Positions 50,874-63,760 of a DNA stretch of 64,000 nt are shown here, in pieces. This DNA is from Tubulanus polymorphus. Taxonomy: Eukaryota; Animalia; Nemertea. Numbering within the stretch: position 1 is the first letter of the stretch; the number at the start of each line of letters is the position of its first letter. Made by a program: the position numbers and the translations under genes. The stretch covers positions 26,436,560 to 26,500,559 of the forward strand of contig NC_134027.1 of assembly GCF_964204645.1 (NCBI RefSeq). Reading direction: 5' to 3'. Below the pieces are notes generated by a model. That model was not told the origin of the DNA. It saw nothing but the letters and a program-made list of their open reading frames with translations, and ran no database searches.

Positions 50874-52952
50874 ATGATCGGGAATTCATCGTCCACGACT
50901 CTACAGCCGAATGTAACGAGCGACTCAACCACAAAACCAGGAGAAGTCAGCCTGGGATTGATTCTACCGCTGACGTTCATCGGACTGTTCATCATTGTAG
51001 TACTGGTCTGCGTGCTCATACACTCACGACGAATCGGGACCTCGCCTGCCAGAGCTCGACCAGCAAGACGCCCGACCGGTGAGAAACTGCCGTTCTCGAG
51101 ATTCCAGAGCACGCGAGGAAGCAAAGCGGGACTTAACGAACTACGAGCTTCGGGTCGTTCCGAGAAGGCGCTCAGCGATCACGCGATCCCGAACGATTAC
51201 ATACCACCAATATATGGTGGTCATAATCAACCCACTGTAATAGCGAGAATACAGACACCGAGCGTGACCGGGTACGTCAAACGATACGAGACTTCAAGGT
51301 CATCGTATCGATCATCGTCTTCGTCGTATCGATCATCTGCCGCTTCGTCAACTTCGTCGTCCATTCGTAGAAGTCGCGCTATAGCTCCGAATACAAACAA
51401 ACCGATGATTCAGCAATATCAACACCGCAGGTCGTCACTAGCTGAATCTGAATGCTACACTCCGGATCTGAGTACAGTCACCGAGGAAGACTCCTCGATG
51501 ACTAAGAGTATGCAGAGTATTCGCTACATACCCGGAGTCACCCGTTCTGATCCGTATCTATTCGCCGAGCCGAGAACGCCAGCTTCCGTCGGAAATCACG
51601 TGAACTGGATGAACACCGATATCGATTTGATTCCATCGGTTACGTCCCTTCAGGAACCGCGTATCCATTCCGATCCGAATATATTCAATTTAGCCGAACA
51701 AACTCGAACGGCTAGTTCGGAAAGGTTAAGAGAGTTAGCTCGACAGATTGATACTAGTAGCCATCCGACGTTCAGTCTTCACAGCAAAGATTCCTTCCAT
51801 AGCAATAATATCATCATAACTGATCGCGGCGGCGTCGTCGATTCGATCGAATACGAGTCAAACTATGAGATCATACCGGGTGATCCCGTTTACACGTCGT
51901 ACCTTACATCACATCCCAGCGACACGGTCACAGTTACTGACATCACTACCGAGGCATCGGCACATCCGAGTTTCACTTTCAGCGAAGGGCTTCAACGAGA
52001 ACCGCATTCTGGACACGATGCCGGCGCTATGATGCATCGTCAGGACTCGTACGTGACGAGCGTATCCGCGCAAGCAAGTGGCGGACCCGGCAATTCCATG
52101 CAACCTGTGAGAATATACGCCTACCCTACGACTACTGCAGCGGGTACAACAAGTTACATAGCCTACACACCACACCCGGGCATCAATGTGCACCGAAATC
52201 CTCCACATCGCTATCAAAGCGATGGCGAGCCTCGGAGCGGAATGACTTCAAACACTGAATCCGTACATCCTCAAGTCGGAAGTTGTAATACGTCACAGTT
52301 CTCGGCTCAACAATCGTCAGCTACGTTGAGTGATAGTTTATCGGGTTATTACCCGCGCGCACCTAACGTCTCACCGGCTGATACTATCCTCGAGGTCAAC
52401 GAGAGTCAAGATTCAGCCTCGCAAGAGTCATTAGCAGCGAGCAGTAGCCATACCGGTGGGAGCGCTCCGCCTGAACCGCAATCACCAGGAGACGTTTTCA
52501 TCAACAGCCTCAGTTCGATATCGGCCCGAAATCCTCAATCGTCATCAAACCCTACAACAGCGCATAGAATTACACTACCTCCACCAACTCGTAATCCTAA
52601 ACCTCGTCGCCGCGGATCAGCTCCAGTACCGAGTCCATCCGAATCTTTCGTACGCAATTACGGCCATCTATCGATGCCGGGTACGAGACGTCAATCGGTA
52701 CCTACTCCGCATACGAGTACTAGACACATCGATTTGAATCGACGCCGAGCCCTGTCCGTCGATCATACTCTCGACTCGACCATGCAGTCGATTCAGAGTA
52801 TAATCACCGAATCGTGTGAATGGGATCATTTCTATCCTGGACCGGTTGAACATCAGCCTCTATCCAGTACCATGCAACAGAGTTTGGCTTCGATTAGTGA
52901 ACATACAACTCCCGGTCAACCAGTGCTAGCAGCTCAACAATACTGGGTATAA
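50874..52952 (+). CDS. Uncharacterised 692-aa single-pass (type III-like) membrane protein with a long Ser/Pro/Arg-rich tail ending QQYWV; CDS in one exon
   Basis: 2079-nt ORF, more GC-rich than its flanks. Acceptor TTTCAG at 50866 then AAAATG at 50874. TM segment LGLILPLTFIGLFIIVVLVCVLI followed by HSRR. Confidence 0.85.
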   Translation: MIGNSSSTTLQPNVTSDSTTKPGEVSLGLILPLTFIGLFIIVVLVCVLIHSRRIGTSPARARPARRPTGEKLPFSRFQSTRGSKAGLNELRASGRSEKALSDHAIPNDYIPPIYGGHNQPTVIARIQTPSVTGYVKRYETSRSSYRSSSSSYRSSAASSTSSSIRRSRAIAPNTNKPMIQQYQHRRSSLAESECYTPDLSTVTEEDSSMTKSMQSIRYIPGVTRSDPYLFAEPRTPASVGNHVNWMNTDIDLIPSVTSLQEPRIHSDPNIFNLAEQTRTASSERLRELARQIDTSSHPTFSLHSKDSFHSNNIIITDRGGVVDSIEYESNYEIIPGDPVYTSYLTSHPSDTVTVTDITTEASAHPSFTFSEGLQREPHSGHDAGAMMHRQDSYVTSVSAQASGGPGNSMQPVRIYAYPTTTAAGTTSYIAYTPHPGINVHRNPPHRYQSDGEPRSGMTSNTESVHPQVGSCNTSQFSAQQSSATLSDSLSGYYPRAPNVSPADTILEVNESQDSASQESLAASSSHTGGSAPPEPQSPGDVFINSLSSISARNPQSSSNPTTAHRITLPPPTRNPKPRRRGSAPVPSPSESFVRNYGHLSMPGTRRQSVPTPHTSTRHIDLNRRRALSVDHTLDSTMQSIQSIITESCEWDHFYPGPVEHQPLSSTMQQSLASISEHTTPGQPVLAAQQYWV

Positions 52953-53339
52953 TACGATCATCAAGTGTATTTGTTTCACTTTAATATGTACATAATTGAA
53001 AATTAGAATTATTATTATTTTTTTGGATAAAATATGAAGCTATTTTCTGCTATTCATGTAATATCAATAACGCTTTTTGTATTCGTATACAGACGTTAAT
53101 TCATAGTATTGTTCTGCGGATGAACTTTATTAACCACAAAACAAATGTGTTATCACCACTGATAAAACACTATATCCGTTTGTGACGACGAAAACCGATA
53201 TAAAGATTTTTTTATACAAATGTATGTTGAAAGCCTTTCAGATAACAAATTTCTTCGTTAGATTTTGAAGATAATACTGATCTTCAAATCGAAGGTTTTC
53301 TTCGAGCTGAAAACTCGAAATGATTTGGATAGATTTGAT

Positions 53340-54560
53340 TTATGCATTGTTCTGTAGATGCACAACTAGCACATCATGCATTACATGTACTTTTCCGTTT
53401 TCGTTCAACGGACAATGTTGTAGATATATTTCAATGGTATCGTCCATGAATTCTGAGAATTTTCCCTCTGGAATTCGCTTTGAATGCGGTAAAATTGCAC
53501 CTATCATACCTGTAAATAAATGAAGACAGTTTTGAAGTCTATCAGAGGTCGATCTAATCTAAACGAGTTCGCACTTGACCGGAGCCGATTGCGTCAGATT
53601 ACGGTGTACCCGGGGCGACTTGTAGGGACGACCCATCATCGCTCCGACTGCTCCGGAGGGAATATTCATTGGTCCCACGATTTCCGAGGCGAATGCACCA
53701 GTCTACTGTGTAATCATCATTTTTACCTTTAGCGGATTGAAGATCAGGAAAAACTAGATCTTGATCAACCTGAAGAGTACATCGTTTAACAGTAAACCCT
53801 AACGATTCAGCCATTCGTCGATATCCGGTCTCTTTATCAGGGAATCTCCATTCACTGAATTCCTCCCATTCCGGATTGTGCGTCCATTCCGCTGTAAATC
53901 CCTTAAAGAAAAACAATCGAAATGCTCTTATTCCCTCAGTTTAGATAGACGCTCATAACTCGTTATTTCATAATTCTAACCTGAAAGTAAGGAGACCATT
54001 TGGGCAAATCTGCCACATCACCCAGATGTGAAAATGCCTCTTTACCAAAAGGGATTGAAATAACTACTTCACCATTTGGGGAAAGTAGAGATTTTATATG
54101 TTCTAAATTCGAATACTGATTTGGGGTCCAGTGTAGAACTATAAATGATGTTATAAGATCAAACTTCTGCCGCCATTCCGGTCTGAATGAGTCTGGTTTG
54201 GTCACATCTGCGACTAGATATTCAATTTTAGGATTCGGATTTTTTGCCCGAGCGAATTCAACCATCGATTCATGCTGGAATAATATCAAAACATGTGTCT
54301 GTCTTTTAAAACAGTTTGTATTGTGAACTAAAGTGAATATCGACAAATTTCAAATATATTGTTACCTTATCAAAAGCAATAAGATTTTCAACATTGTTGA
54401 TATGATTCAGTAATATATTAGTGACCTCTCCACTACCGCAGCCTATATCCAATACATTCCTGTAACTATTCTGCTGAAATTCTATCAATGATAAAGTATT
54501 TCTGGCCCATTTTCGTTGAGGATTGTTGTTTTTCGAATAATTTTCTGCGTTTGGATTCAT
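53340..54560 (-). CDS. JHAMT-like SAM methyltransferase, copy B
   Basis: Exons 54366-54560, 53981-54274, 53727-53901, 53340-53509. Frame intact; motifs DIGCGSG and SFIVLHW. Confidence 0.87.
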
Positions 54561-55257
54561 TTTGCTGACTGTTGTTCGGGAAACCACAATGCACAGAGGA
54601 ATGCCCGAGTATTGATCACGTGTTGTAAAAAAGCCTTGAACCGGCCTTCCGATATCTTTTATATGGAATTCTTTATAAACCGAAATTATTGCCTATATAT
54701 GAACTACTGAACTTGTCGTCACCCCGGGTAAATTTACCCTGGGTAATCGTGGATATATTCATTAAAGATACACCATTATATGCACAGTCTACGTATATAA
54801 CCCTAACAACTTTCTATTTCGAACAAGACTAAGGTCCAACGGCCCTGTGGCTCACCATTAAATAAATGAGTGTATATTGTCAAAAGCACTATACTAACTA
54901 TGAATTAATTTGGATTGCAATCGAATGTAGAATTACAGAAATAAAACCATCAACTGACGATATGCTGTCCCCGAACAACAATCTTTTATTCTTAATCTGA
55001 TAACTTCATTAATTCCCTTAGCCCCTTATTAAACGATTAATACATATAAGTTATTATTATACTGCATATTATCCTTGAATTAAAATACGCGCGCGGCGCA
55101 AGTTTCCCAGTCTCCTGTGTTCGCGTTTTTTAACAGCACGCGTCTGATAACTATGCTCTACTGATCGCTTCGCACGGATTTCTGTAGTAAGATAGCGATA
55201 TATGTGTGTTGACTAGCTCCCACCTCTAAATCAGTTGAAAAAACTGACTGTTGATTA

Positions 55258-55476
55258 GGCTAAACAAAAATGATACCTTGTTTCTCCGCAGCAGCCGGGT
55301 CATTTTTGTAAAATATGATAAAATTTATAAACAGTTCATTTCTATAGCGGCCGGGTCTGTTATGGTAAAATTGATCACGATTTTTAAAAAAGCAATGTAT
55401 AGGGTTGATAGGCGGCCGGCCGGGTCAACGTTTAAGCTCAGCAGAGCGGAGAAACAAGGTATCATTTTTTTTGGCC
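55258..55476. mobile_element. MITE with TIRs of about 32 bp and a TTA TSD (PIF/Harbinger-like)
   Basis: TTA|GGCTAAACAAAAATGATACCTTGTTTCTCCGC...GCGGAGAAACAAGGTATCATTTTTTTTGGCC|TTA. Confidence 0.75.
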
Positions 55477-56617
55477 TTAGATGAAAAGCTGAGAGCATTC
55501 CACTGCCCGCTATTGTCTACAGACTTTTTAGTCTATTTAGTCTCATCACCGCTCACGATTCTACCTAAAATTGAATAGAACTAAAATTAGAGTTGAGCGG
55601 TAACACGGTTCACAAAAAAAGCCATTGACAAGACAAATCTAAGCCAAAACTCCATTGGTATCATCATATTTGCTAGTTTGGATACTTAATTGAATAGCTA
55701 CTCGGCTATATTCGTAACACCGAACAAATTATAAGCCAACATACGATACCTAGTCGAATGAAATGCTCGCCATTTTGCTTTAGCGAGTTCCGCATGGGGC
55801 TTTCCCAATGGGCTTTCCCAATTACATCAGAAGCGCCGGAATTCCCGGAATTTCCCGTATATCCCACAAACAGCCAATCACATTCATTGTAGCTCAGGTA
55901 ACAAGGTCAACTCAGATAAATAGAAGCGAAAAAATTTAGGGGGTATATAAAGTGAGGGCCTGTAGTTCGAAAAGTACATCGAGATGAGTCGCACAAAAAA
56001 TGGCAACACTTCCAGGAAGGATTGGATTTTTATATATTTCAATTCCAAGTATGCAAATTGTCATATGTAAAAACGTGCCATAACTTAGTGCTAAAAAGCA
56101 GGGTTTTTACGTGTTTTTCAAGAATAAGTTCCCTAAAAATAACTCGATCACTATGAAATTTCTGTGGGCTCAAGAACTCACTAAGCCAAACCATGACACA
56201 AAAATCAACACTATTGGTTCAACAGCCAATGTTTGTGCCTTTTTGACACACCGGTACTCTATTCATTTTCAATGAAAACTGCTTCACCAGACGCTTCGCC
56301 AAAAATGTTATGGCGCAGTTTATCAGATTGGCGATCTTCTGGAGGTCAATGAACATCTAGAAGTTATCAAATCATTAAACCTGAATGCTTCGACATAAAA
56401 TGTATATGTTTCTGTTTTCTGACTCCTGTGAATGTGTATTTTTATATCTTCTCGTTTTCTGTCGGGGGTTGATAGACCGAGACTCGCACTGAACGATGAG
56501 AAAATATATTCAAGAAGTAAAATATGTATCAATTTATGTGGAAAAAAAAAGATTTATTTACAAATCCTGCAACAGTACAACGCGCAACAATACACATGAC
56601 CCGGTTCTACAGTTCTG

Positions 56618-56812
56618 GGCCCAGTTCCACAGTTGTGAGTTAGAGTTAACTCTGAGTTAAAGTTAGTTCATTTTCGATGAGTTAACTCAGAGTCAAATCT
56701 TAACTCGGAACTGTGGAACTGGACCCTGATTTAGAGTTAGAGATAACTCTGAGTTAAAATTAGTTCATTTTCAATTTGTTAAATCTTAACTCAGAACTGT
56801 GGAACTGGACCC
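56618..56812. mobile_element. Harbinger-type MITE (CCAGTTCCACAGTT family) plus a partial tandem copy
   Basis: CTG|GGCCCAGTTCCACAG...CTGTGGAACTGGACC|CTG; other copies at about 16185-16277 and 45165-45270. Confidence 0.75.
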
Positions 56813-57104
56813 AGGGTTTTATACGGTTAGCGTGGGAGACCGAGTAACCGATCACCTAACTATATTGTAATACAATCATCAAATCTATTCATTTCATATA
56901 AAATATGAAACTATTTTCTTCTAATTATATAATGTAATTTCAATATAACTTTATGTATTCGTACACACACGTTATTTCATAGTATTGTTTTTGCTGATGA
57001 ACTTGTAGTAGAAATATTAAATGTTAAAAGTCTCTCTTTTATGATCAATTCCATCGTTGGATTTTGAAGATAATACCGGTCTTAAACTTCTGCAATTGAA
57101 TGAT

Positions 57105-58376
57105 CTATGCTTTATTTTCTAGATGTACGACTAGCAAATCGTGAAAGAAATGTACTTTTCCATTTTCATCCAACGGACAATGCTGAAGATATATTTCAAT
57201 GGTATCGTCCATAAATTCTGAAAATCTTCCCTCTGGAATTCGCTTTGAATTTGCATGTGGTAAAACCGCACCTATGAACCCTGGAAATGAATGAAGATTT
57301 TGAATGAAGCCTTTATCACAATTTTGAGTCATGAATTCTATCAATGAGGTCGATTTTGACGGCCCATGTCCTGAGCCGATTGCCTCAGATTATCTGCGGA
57401 ATCTGATGAAAACTTTCCAAACTCAACTCATGTAAGAACGACCCATCATCGCTCCGACTGCCCCGGGGAAAAATCTATTGGTCCCACGATTTCCGATTCG
57501 AGCGCAGTCTACTGTGTAATTATGATTTTTACCTTTAGCGGATTGAAGATCCGGAAAAACATGATCCCCATCAGCCTGAAGAGTACACTGTTTAACAGCA
57601 AACCCTAATGATTCAGCCATTCGTCGATATCCGGTCTCTTTATCAGGGAATCTCCATTCACTGAATTCCTCCCATTCCGGATTGTACGTCCATTCCGCTG
57701 TAAATCCCTTAAAGAAAAACAATCGAAATGCTCTTATTCCCTCAGTTTAGTCAGACGCTCATAACTCGTCATTTCATAATTCTTACCTGAAAGTAAGGAG
57801 ACCATTTGGGCAAATCTGCCACATCACCTAGACGTAGAAATGCCTCTTTACCAAAAGGGATTGAAATAACTACTTCACCATTTGGGGAAAGTAGAGATTT
57901 TATATTTTCTAAACTAGAATATTGATTTGGAGTCCATTGTAGAACTAGAAATGATGTTATCAGATCAAACTTCTGCCGCCATTCCAGTCTGAATGAGTCG
58001 GGTTTGGTCACATCTGCGACTAGATATTCAATTTTAGGATTCGGATATTTTGCACGAGCAAATTCAACCATTGATTCATACTGAAATGTATCAAAACATG
58101 TATAGCTACAAAGTTTTAAAGCGTTTTTGTATTGTACGAACTAAACTAACGGTGAATATCTATAAATTTCAATCATATTCTTACTTTATCAGAAGCGATA
58201 AGATTTTCAACCTTGATTTGACTCAATAACATATCAGTGGCCTCTCCACTGCCGCAGCCTATATCCAATACATTCCTGTAACTATTCCGCTGAAATTTTA
58301 TCAACGATAGAGTATTTGTAGTCCATATTCTTGGAAGATTGTTGTTTTTCGAATACTTCTCTGCGTTTGGATTCAT
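57105..58376 (-). CDS. JHAMT-like SAM methyltransferase, copy C (substitutions at conserved pocket positions)
   Basis: Exons 58185-58376, 57787-58080, 57533-57707, 57105-57280. Frame intact; most similar to copy B. Confidence 0.85.
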
Positions 58377-59258
58377 TTTGCTGACCGAAAGAAACGACAA
58401 TCCACTGAGCAACTATTGCCCGGGTATAAATCACCTGTTGAAAAAAGCCTTGAACCGGTCTTCTGATATCTTTAACGATTGTAATAGAACGACTTGAAAT
58501 GACCTAAATCATTGTCTACATGGACTACCGAACGTTTTTATCACAGCTAGTATGCTGAATACATTGTAGATACATCATTTATACGTTCAGCATATGTGCA
58601 TTAGGCCTGCTTATGTAACTACAGAAAACAATATTCTATTTCAAGCGAGAAAAAATGTTATGGTGCATTTCATGAGATCGACGATCATCTGGAGGTCAAT
58701 GAACATCTAGAAGTAACCAAATCATTAAACCTGAATTCCTCGACTTAGAACTAATATTCCCGTCACTTGATCCTGGTCAATACATCATATTTTTCTCATT
58801 GTAAGAAAGGACCCATCAATATCTACCCCCCCCCTCCCCCCCCGGAAAGAAAAGTATATAATCATAAATTGGCCCGACTATGTTCCGTCAGGTGGCGAGT
58901 TCATCGATAGTAAAATTACTCTCAATCGTGAAATAATTCCCATTTACCAAAATAAACGCAAAAAAGATATTTTCAACGAGGTGTAAGTTGATAAAACGTC
59001 ATGTAAAAGTGCTTGATTAAGACTGGAATCTGAAAAGCCATCAACCAATCATCGAAAAGGCCTGACAGAAGTTCCTTCTAAAAGAGTTCTGATGGATTAT
59101 TAATATAAACATCTTTTACTATTTCAGTTTATTTTCAAGATGCGCAAATAATATTTCATACAAATAATACAACTAATCATTATATTTATTTAATGAAGTG
59201 AAATATTTCAACATTGTGGATTGTTTTATTTCAGATACACAATCAATATAAAACATTT

Positions 59259-60394
59259 TTACTGTTTCGGCTTATTTTCCAGATGCACGACTAAAACGTC
59301 CTTCTTATAATGTATTTTTCCATTTTCATCCATCGGACAACGTTTCAAATACATTGCAAGAACATCATCCATAAATTCTTGTAATTTATAACCTGGAATT
59401 CGCTGCGAATGCGGCAGAATTGCGCTTATCATTCCTGAAAATCAAGGTTTATCGCATTTAGAGTCATTATGCTATTTAATGCATGAGGGTCGATTTGAAT
59501 CATAATCAGGTTTTCACCTTTAGCAGATTGAGGATCAGGGAAGACATAATCAGTCAAACTGACAGTACATCGTTTAACAGTAAACCCTAATGATTCAGCC
59601 ATTCGTCGATATCCGGTCTCTCCATCAGAGAATCTCCATTCATCACTGAATTCCTCCCAGCTCGGATTGATTGGCCCTTCCGGTGTAAATCCCTTAATAG
59701 ATATAAATATTGAACCCTCATTCTTGGTAAGACCAACCAATCCTAAACATCTCATGAGTTTTTCAAAAGCTCATTTTGTTTTATTTCAAATTCCCTACCT
59801 GAAAGTAAGGAGACCATTTGGCAGAATTTGCCACTTCAGTTAGACGTAGAAATGCCTCTTGAGGAAAAGGAATAGAAATGATTACTTCACCATTTGGGGA
59901 CAGCACAGATTTTATATTCTCTAGATTTGAATACTGATTTCGAGTCCAGTGAAGGACGAGAAACGATGTTATAAGATCAAACTTCTGCCGCCATTCCGGT
60001 CTGAATGAGTCGGGTTTGGTCACATCTGCGACTAGATATTCAATTTTAGGATTCGGATTTTTTGCCCGAGCGAATTCAACCATTGATTCATACTGAAACA
60101 ATATTATAACATGTAGATTTAACGTCTTTTAACGTCCATAACGTTTTGTACTGTGAACTAAACTTACAATGAATCTATGAATTTCAAATATATTGTTACC
60201 TTATCAAATGCAATAAGATTTTCAACATTGTTGACATAATTCAGTAATATATTAGTGACCTCTCCACTACCGCAGCCTATATCCAATACATTCCTGTAAC
60301 TATTCCGCTGAAATGCTATCGATGATAGAATATCTGTAGCCCATGTTCTTTGAAGATCGTTGTTATTTGAGTAAAATCCAGCGTTTGGATTCAT
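59259..60394 (-). CDS. JHAMT-like SAM methyltransferase, copy D
   Basis: Exons 60200-60394, 59799-60092, 59518-59692, 59259-59434; ends ENKPKQ*. Confidence 0.87.
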
Positions 60395-60959
60395 ATTGTT
60401 AAGAATCGACTTTACTAGAAACAATACAAAGATCCGAGAGACGCTCTTTCATTAGAATCAATATGCTTATCATTTAGGTCACAGAAAACGATCTAAGGTC
60501 ACTGGTATAATAAGCTATTTACAGGTTTTTTGAAAGGACATCATCATTACTTCTACTTCACCTGTCATTCCAATTGTTATTATCCGATGTGAAGACACGT
60601 GTCTTTGAAAGTTGAAAGTAATTTCATTTTTTTTCATAAATGATTGCTACTGCAGCTCAGGTCCCATGTAATCATTATCTATCTCGTATTTAAGTCATTA
60701 TGTAAATGCATCAGCAATCTCGTATAACTACAGTGTGCGAATTACAGCGAAATGACGCAAATTGAATGAATGAATGAATTTTTATTTTTCACTTCAAATA
60801 ACAATTATATACAATACGTAGATTACGTTAGATTATATTGAAAGTGAAGGACCCATCTTATTCTTATTAAATTGAATTATGAATTTATTTCACGAAGTGA
60901 AAGAGTAACAGCATTTTGGGTTGTTCTATTTCAGATATACAATCAATATAAAACATCTT

Positions 60960-62079
60960 TTACAGTTTCGGCTTATTTTCCAGATGCACGACTAGCATGT
61001 CCTTTATATGATGTATTTTTCCATTTTCATCCAATGGACAACGTTCTAAATACATTTCAAGAACATCATCCATAAATTCCTGTAATTTAAAATCTGGAAT
61101 TCGCTGCGAATGCGGCAAAATCGAGCTTATCATTCCTGAAAATCAACGGATATCACATTTCAGAGTAATTATACTGTTTAATGAATTAGGGTCGATTCTA
61201 ATTAAAATCAGGTTTTCACCTTTAGCAGATTGGTGATCAGGGAAGACATAATCTGACAAACTGACAGTACATCGTTTAACAGTAAACCCTAATGATTCAG
61301 CCATTCGTCGATATCCGGTTTCTTCATCGGGGAATCTCCATTCACTGAATTCCTCCCAGCTCGGATTGGTTGGTCCTTCCGGTGTAAATCCCTAAATAAT
61401 GATGAGCATTACACGCTTATTGTTGGTAAGCCAAACCAATCCTAAACATCAAAAGCTCATTGAGTATATTACAATTCCCATACCTGAAAGTAAGGAGACC
61501 ATTTGGCCAAATTTGTTACTTTGGTTGCATGAAGATATGCCTCTTCAGGAAAAGGCATTGAAATGATTACTTCACCATTTGGGGAGAGTAGAGATTTTAT
61601 ATTCTCTAGATTTGAATACTGATTTCGAGTCCAGTGTAGGACAAAAAATGATGTTATCAGATCAAATTTCTGCCGCCATTCCGGTCTGAATGAGTCGGGT
61701 TTGGTCACATCTGCGACTAGATATTCAATTTTAGAATTCGGATTTTTTTCCCGAGCGAATTCAACCATTGATTCATACTGAAATAATATCAAAACATGTA
61801 GATTCAAAGACTTTTAATGTCTATGACGTTCAAAATTAATATCTCAACTTACAGCGACTCTGCAAATTTCAAATGCATTGTTACCTTATCAAAAGCAATA
61901 AGATTTTCAATATTCTTGATATGATTCAGTAATATATTAGTGACCTCTCCACTACCGCAGCCTATATCCAATACATTCCTGTAACTATTCTGCTGAAATT
62001 CTATCGATGATAAAGCATTTGTAGCCCATGTTCTTTGAAGATCGTTGTTATTTGAGTAAAATCCAGCGTTTGGATTCAT
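60960..62079 (-). CDS. JHAMT-like SAM methyltransferase, copy E
   Basis: Exons 61885-62079, 61484-61777, 61220-61391, 60960-61135; ends ENKPKL*. Confidence 0.87.
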
Positions 62080-63760
62080 TTTTTGTAAAGAATCAACTAT
62101 ACGAATAACTGTTCTAGAAGCGTTCAACTGTAAATACACATACTCATCAGTTCACAAAAAACTATCTAATGTCTCAAGCACAAAGATATGATCATGGTTT
62201 TTTAACATAAAGTCTGAAAATTATTCTTTGGAGCTAGTGTAGTTTATACAACGTTTCGACTTTATACATTGTGACTGTCATTATTTGCAGTGTCCAATGA
62301 ATTGATAAAAACGAGAGTCGTTTCATGTTGACAAAACGTAGTATATTTTTTTGTCGTCGGTTTCGTTATCTATCTGCTTATTTGTTATGCATTCAATTTG
62401 TGATTATTTTTAATTGATGACGAAATGAATTACATAACATTACATTTTTATTTTGTTAGGTTTTACGATAGAGAATACGCGTTTCTGTTGCCTCATGTAC
62501 TGGAGACTGTGCTCATGCTTTCGATAATATCGTCAGTCTGGTCAGCTGGTTACTTCATTTTATCAGAAATAATCCATATCTATAGTTGATATCTAATAGT
62601 TAAACAAATCATTTGTTTTGTAATTAGATTCGATGGAATCACAAAACCAACATGTGCAACGCGCCATTCGGATTAATCTGATCGACTTTCAAATTTCCCG
62701 GTCGGATATCGAGCAAAAATAAAAATATATTTTATAAAGCGAAAGAATAATGGTACTGATGATATTCATCAGTCTGATCTGGGATAGGCTACAGATCGCT
62801 GCAATTTATTGTATCAGAATACTATCCATATTTATGGTAAATATCTAATGTTTGAAACAGTCATTAATTTAATAGTTAGATTTGTGAAATCAAACATCGC
62901 GGTAAAGCGGTATATTTTATGAAACGAAAGATTAATGCTATTAGTGATATTTGTCAGTCTCGTCTGGGATACAGATCACTGGAATTTATCGCGTGAACAA
63001 TATCGTGTGAAATGATACATATTAATGTGTCATATATGATAATACGAAAGTTGCGATGTGGTTTCATTCTGCATAATCGAGCACAGGTTTTTGTGTGAGG
63101 TTTCATTCGATATGAAAAACACGAAGAAAATCACCCAAAATATTGTCGAACAAAAACATGAACGTTCACTTTATTGTGAATGAGATTTCAATAACTATAA
63201 TTCAGGAAAATTACTAATCAACTTTTCTCGATACTATTTAAGGTAATGCGTTTAAAGAGAATAAACTCTTGAATCGAATTAGAGTCAGAAGTAATCAAGT
63301 AGATCGTTAAGAGTTCAACCTCTCCGTAAACTGAACCAACCGATTAATAATGAGCATCTATATTTGAATAGAAAAGAAGAATCGAAGAACTAAATACATG
63401 TACGAATACAAAAAAAAGAAACGCGAATGATTTCTGTTTATGATCTCAGGTTAGGACGCTATTAATTATGGCTAATAGGAAAAGTCTATTTTGTGTAAGT
63501 AATTTTACAGAAAATTCCACCAGAGATATTTTAATAAGATCTGATTTTCTGTTGAGAAACGTATTTCTCATGCACTGGGTACAATATCCTTCTATCCTTC
63601 TTAACATAAGAAAATGTGCGTTATGTTCAAATGGCCATCCTCCATCGGCAGGGATTTTAACCTGATTGCATCGGTACGAAACCCTGTCACACTAGACCGG
63701 GTGCGCAGGTACATGCGCAGGTTTACCGCGCGAAAACTTGCGGCACCAATCTGATTGCTA

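Noticed and set aside
54820-56280. Possible Helentron-like non-autonomous element between copies B and C
   Set aside because: Only a vague terminal resemblance (AACAAG..GGCCC..GCTCACC); the ends could not be defined.
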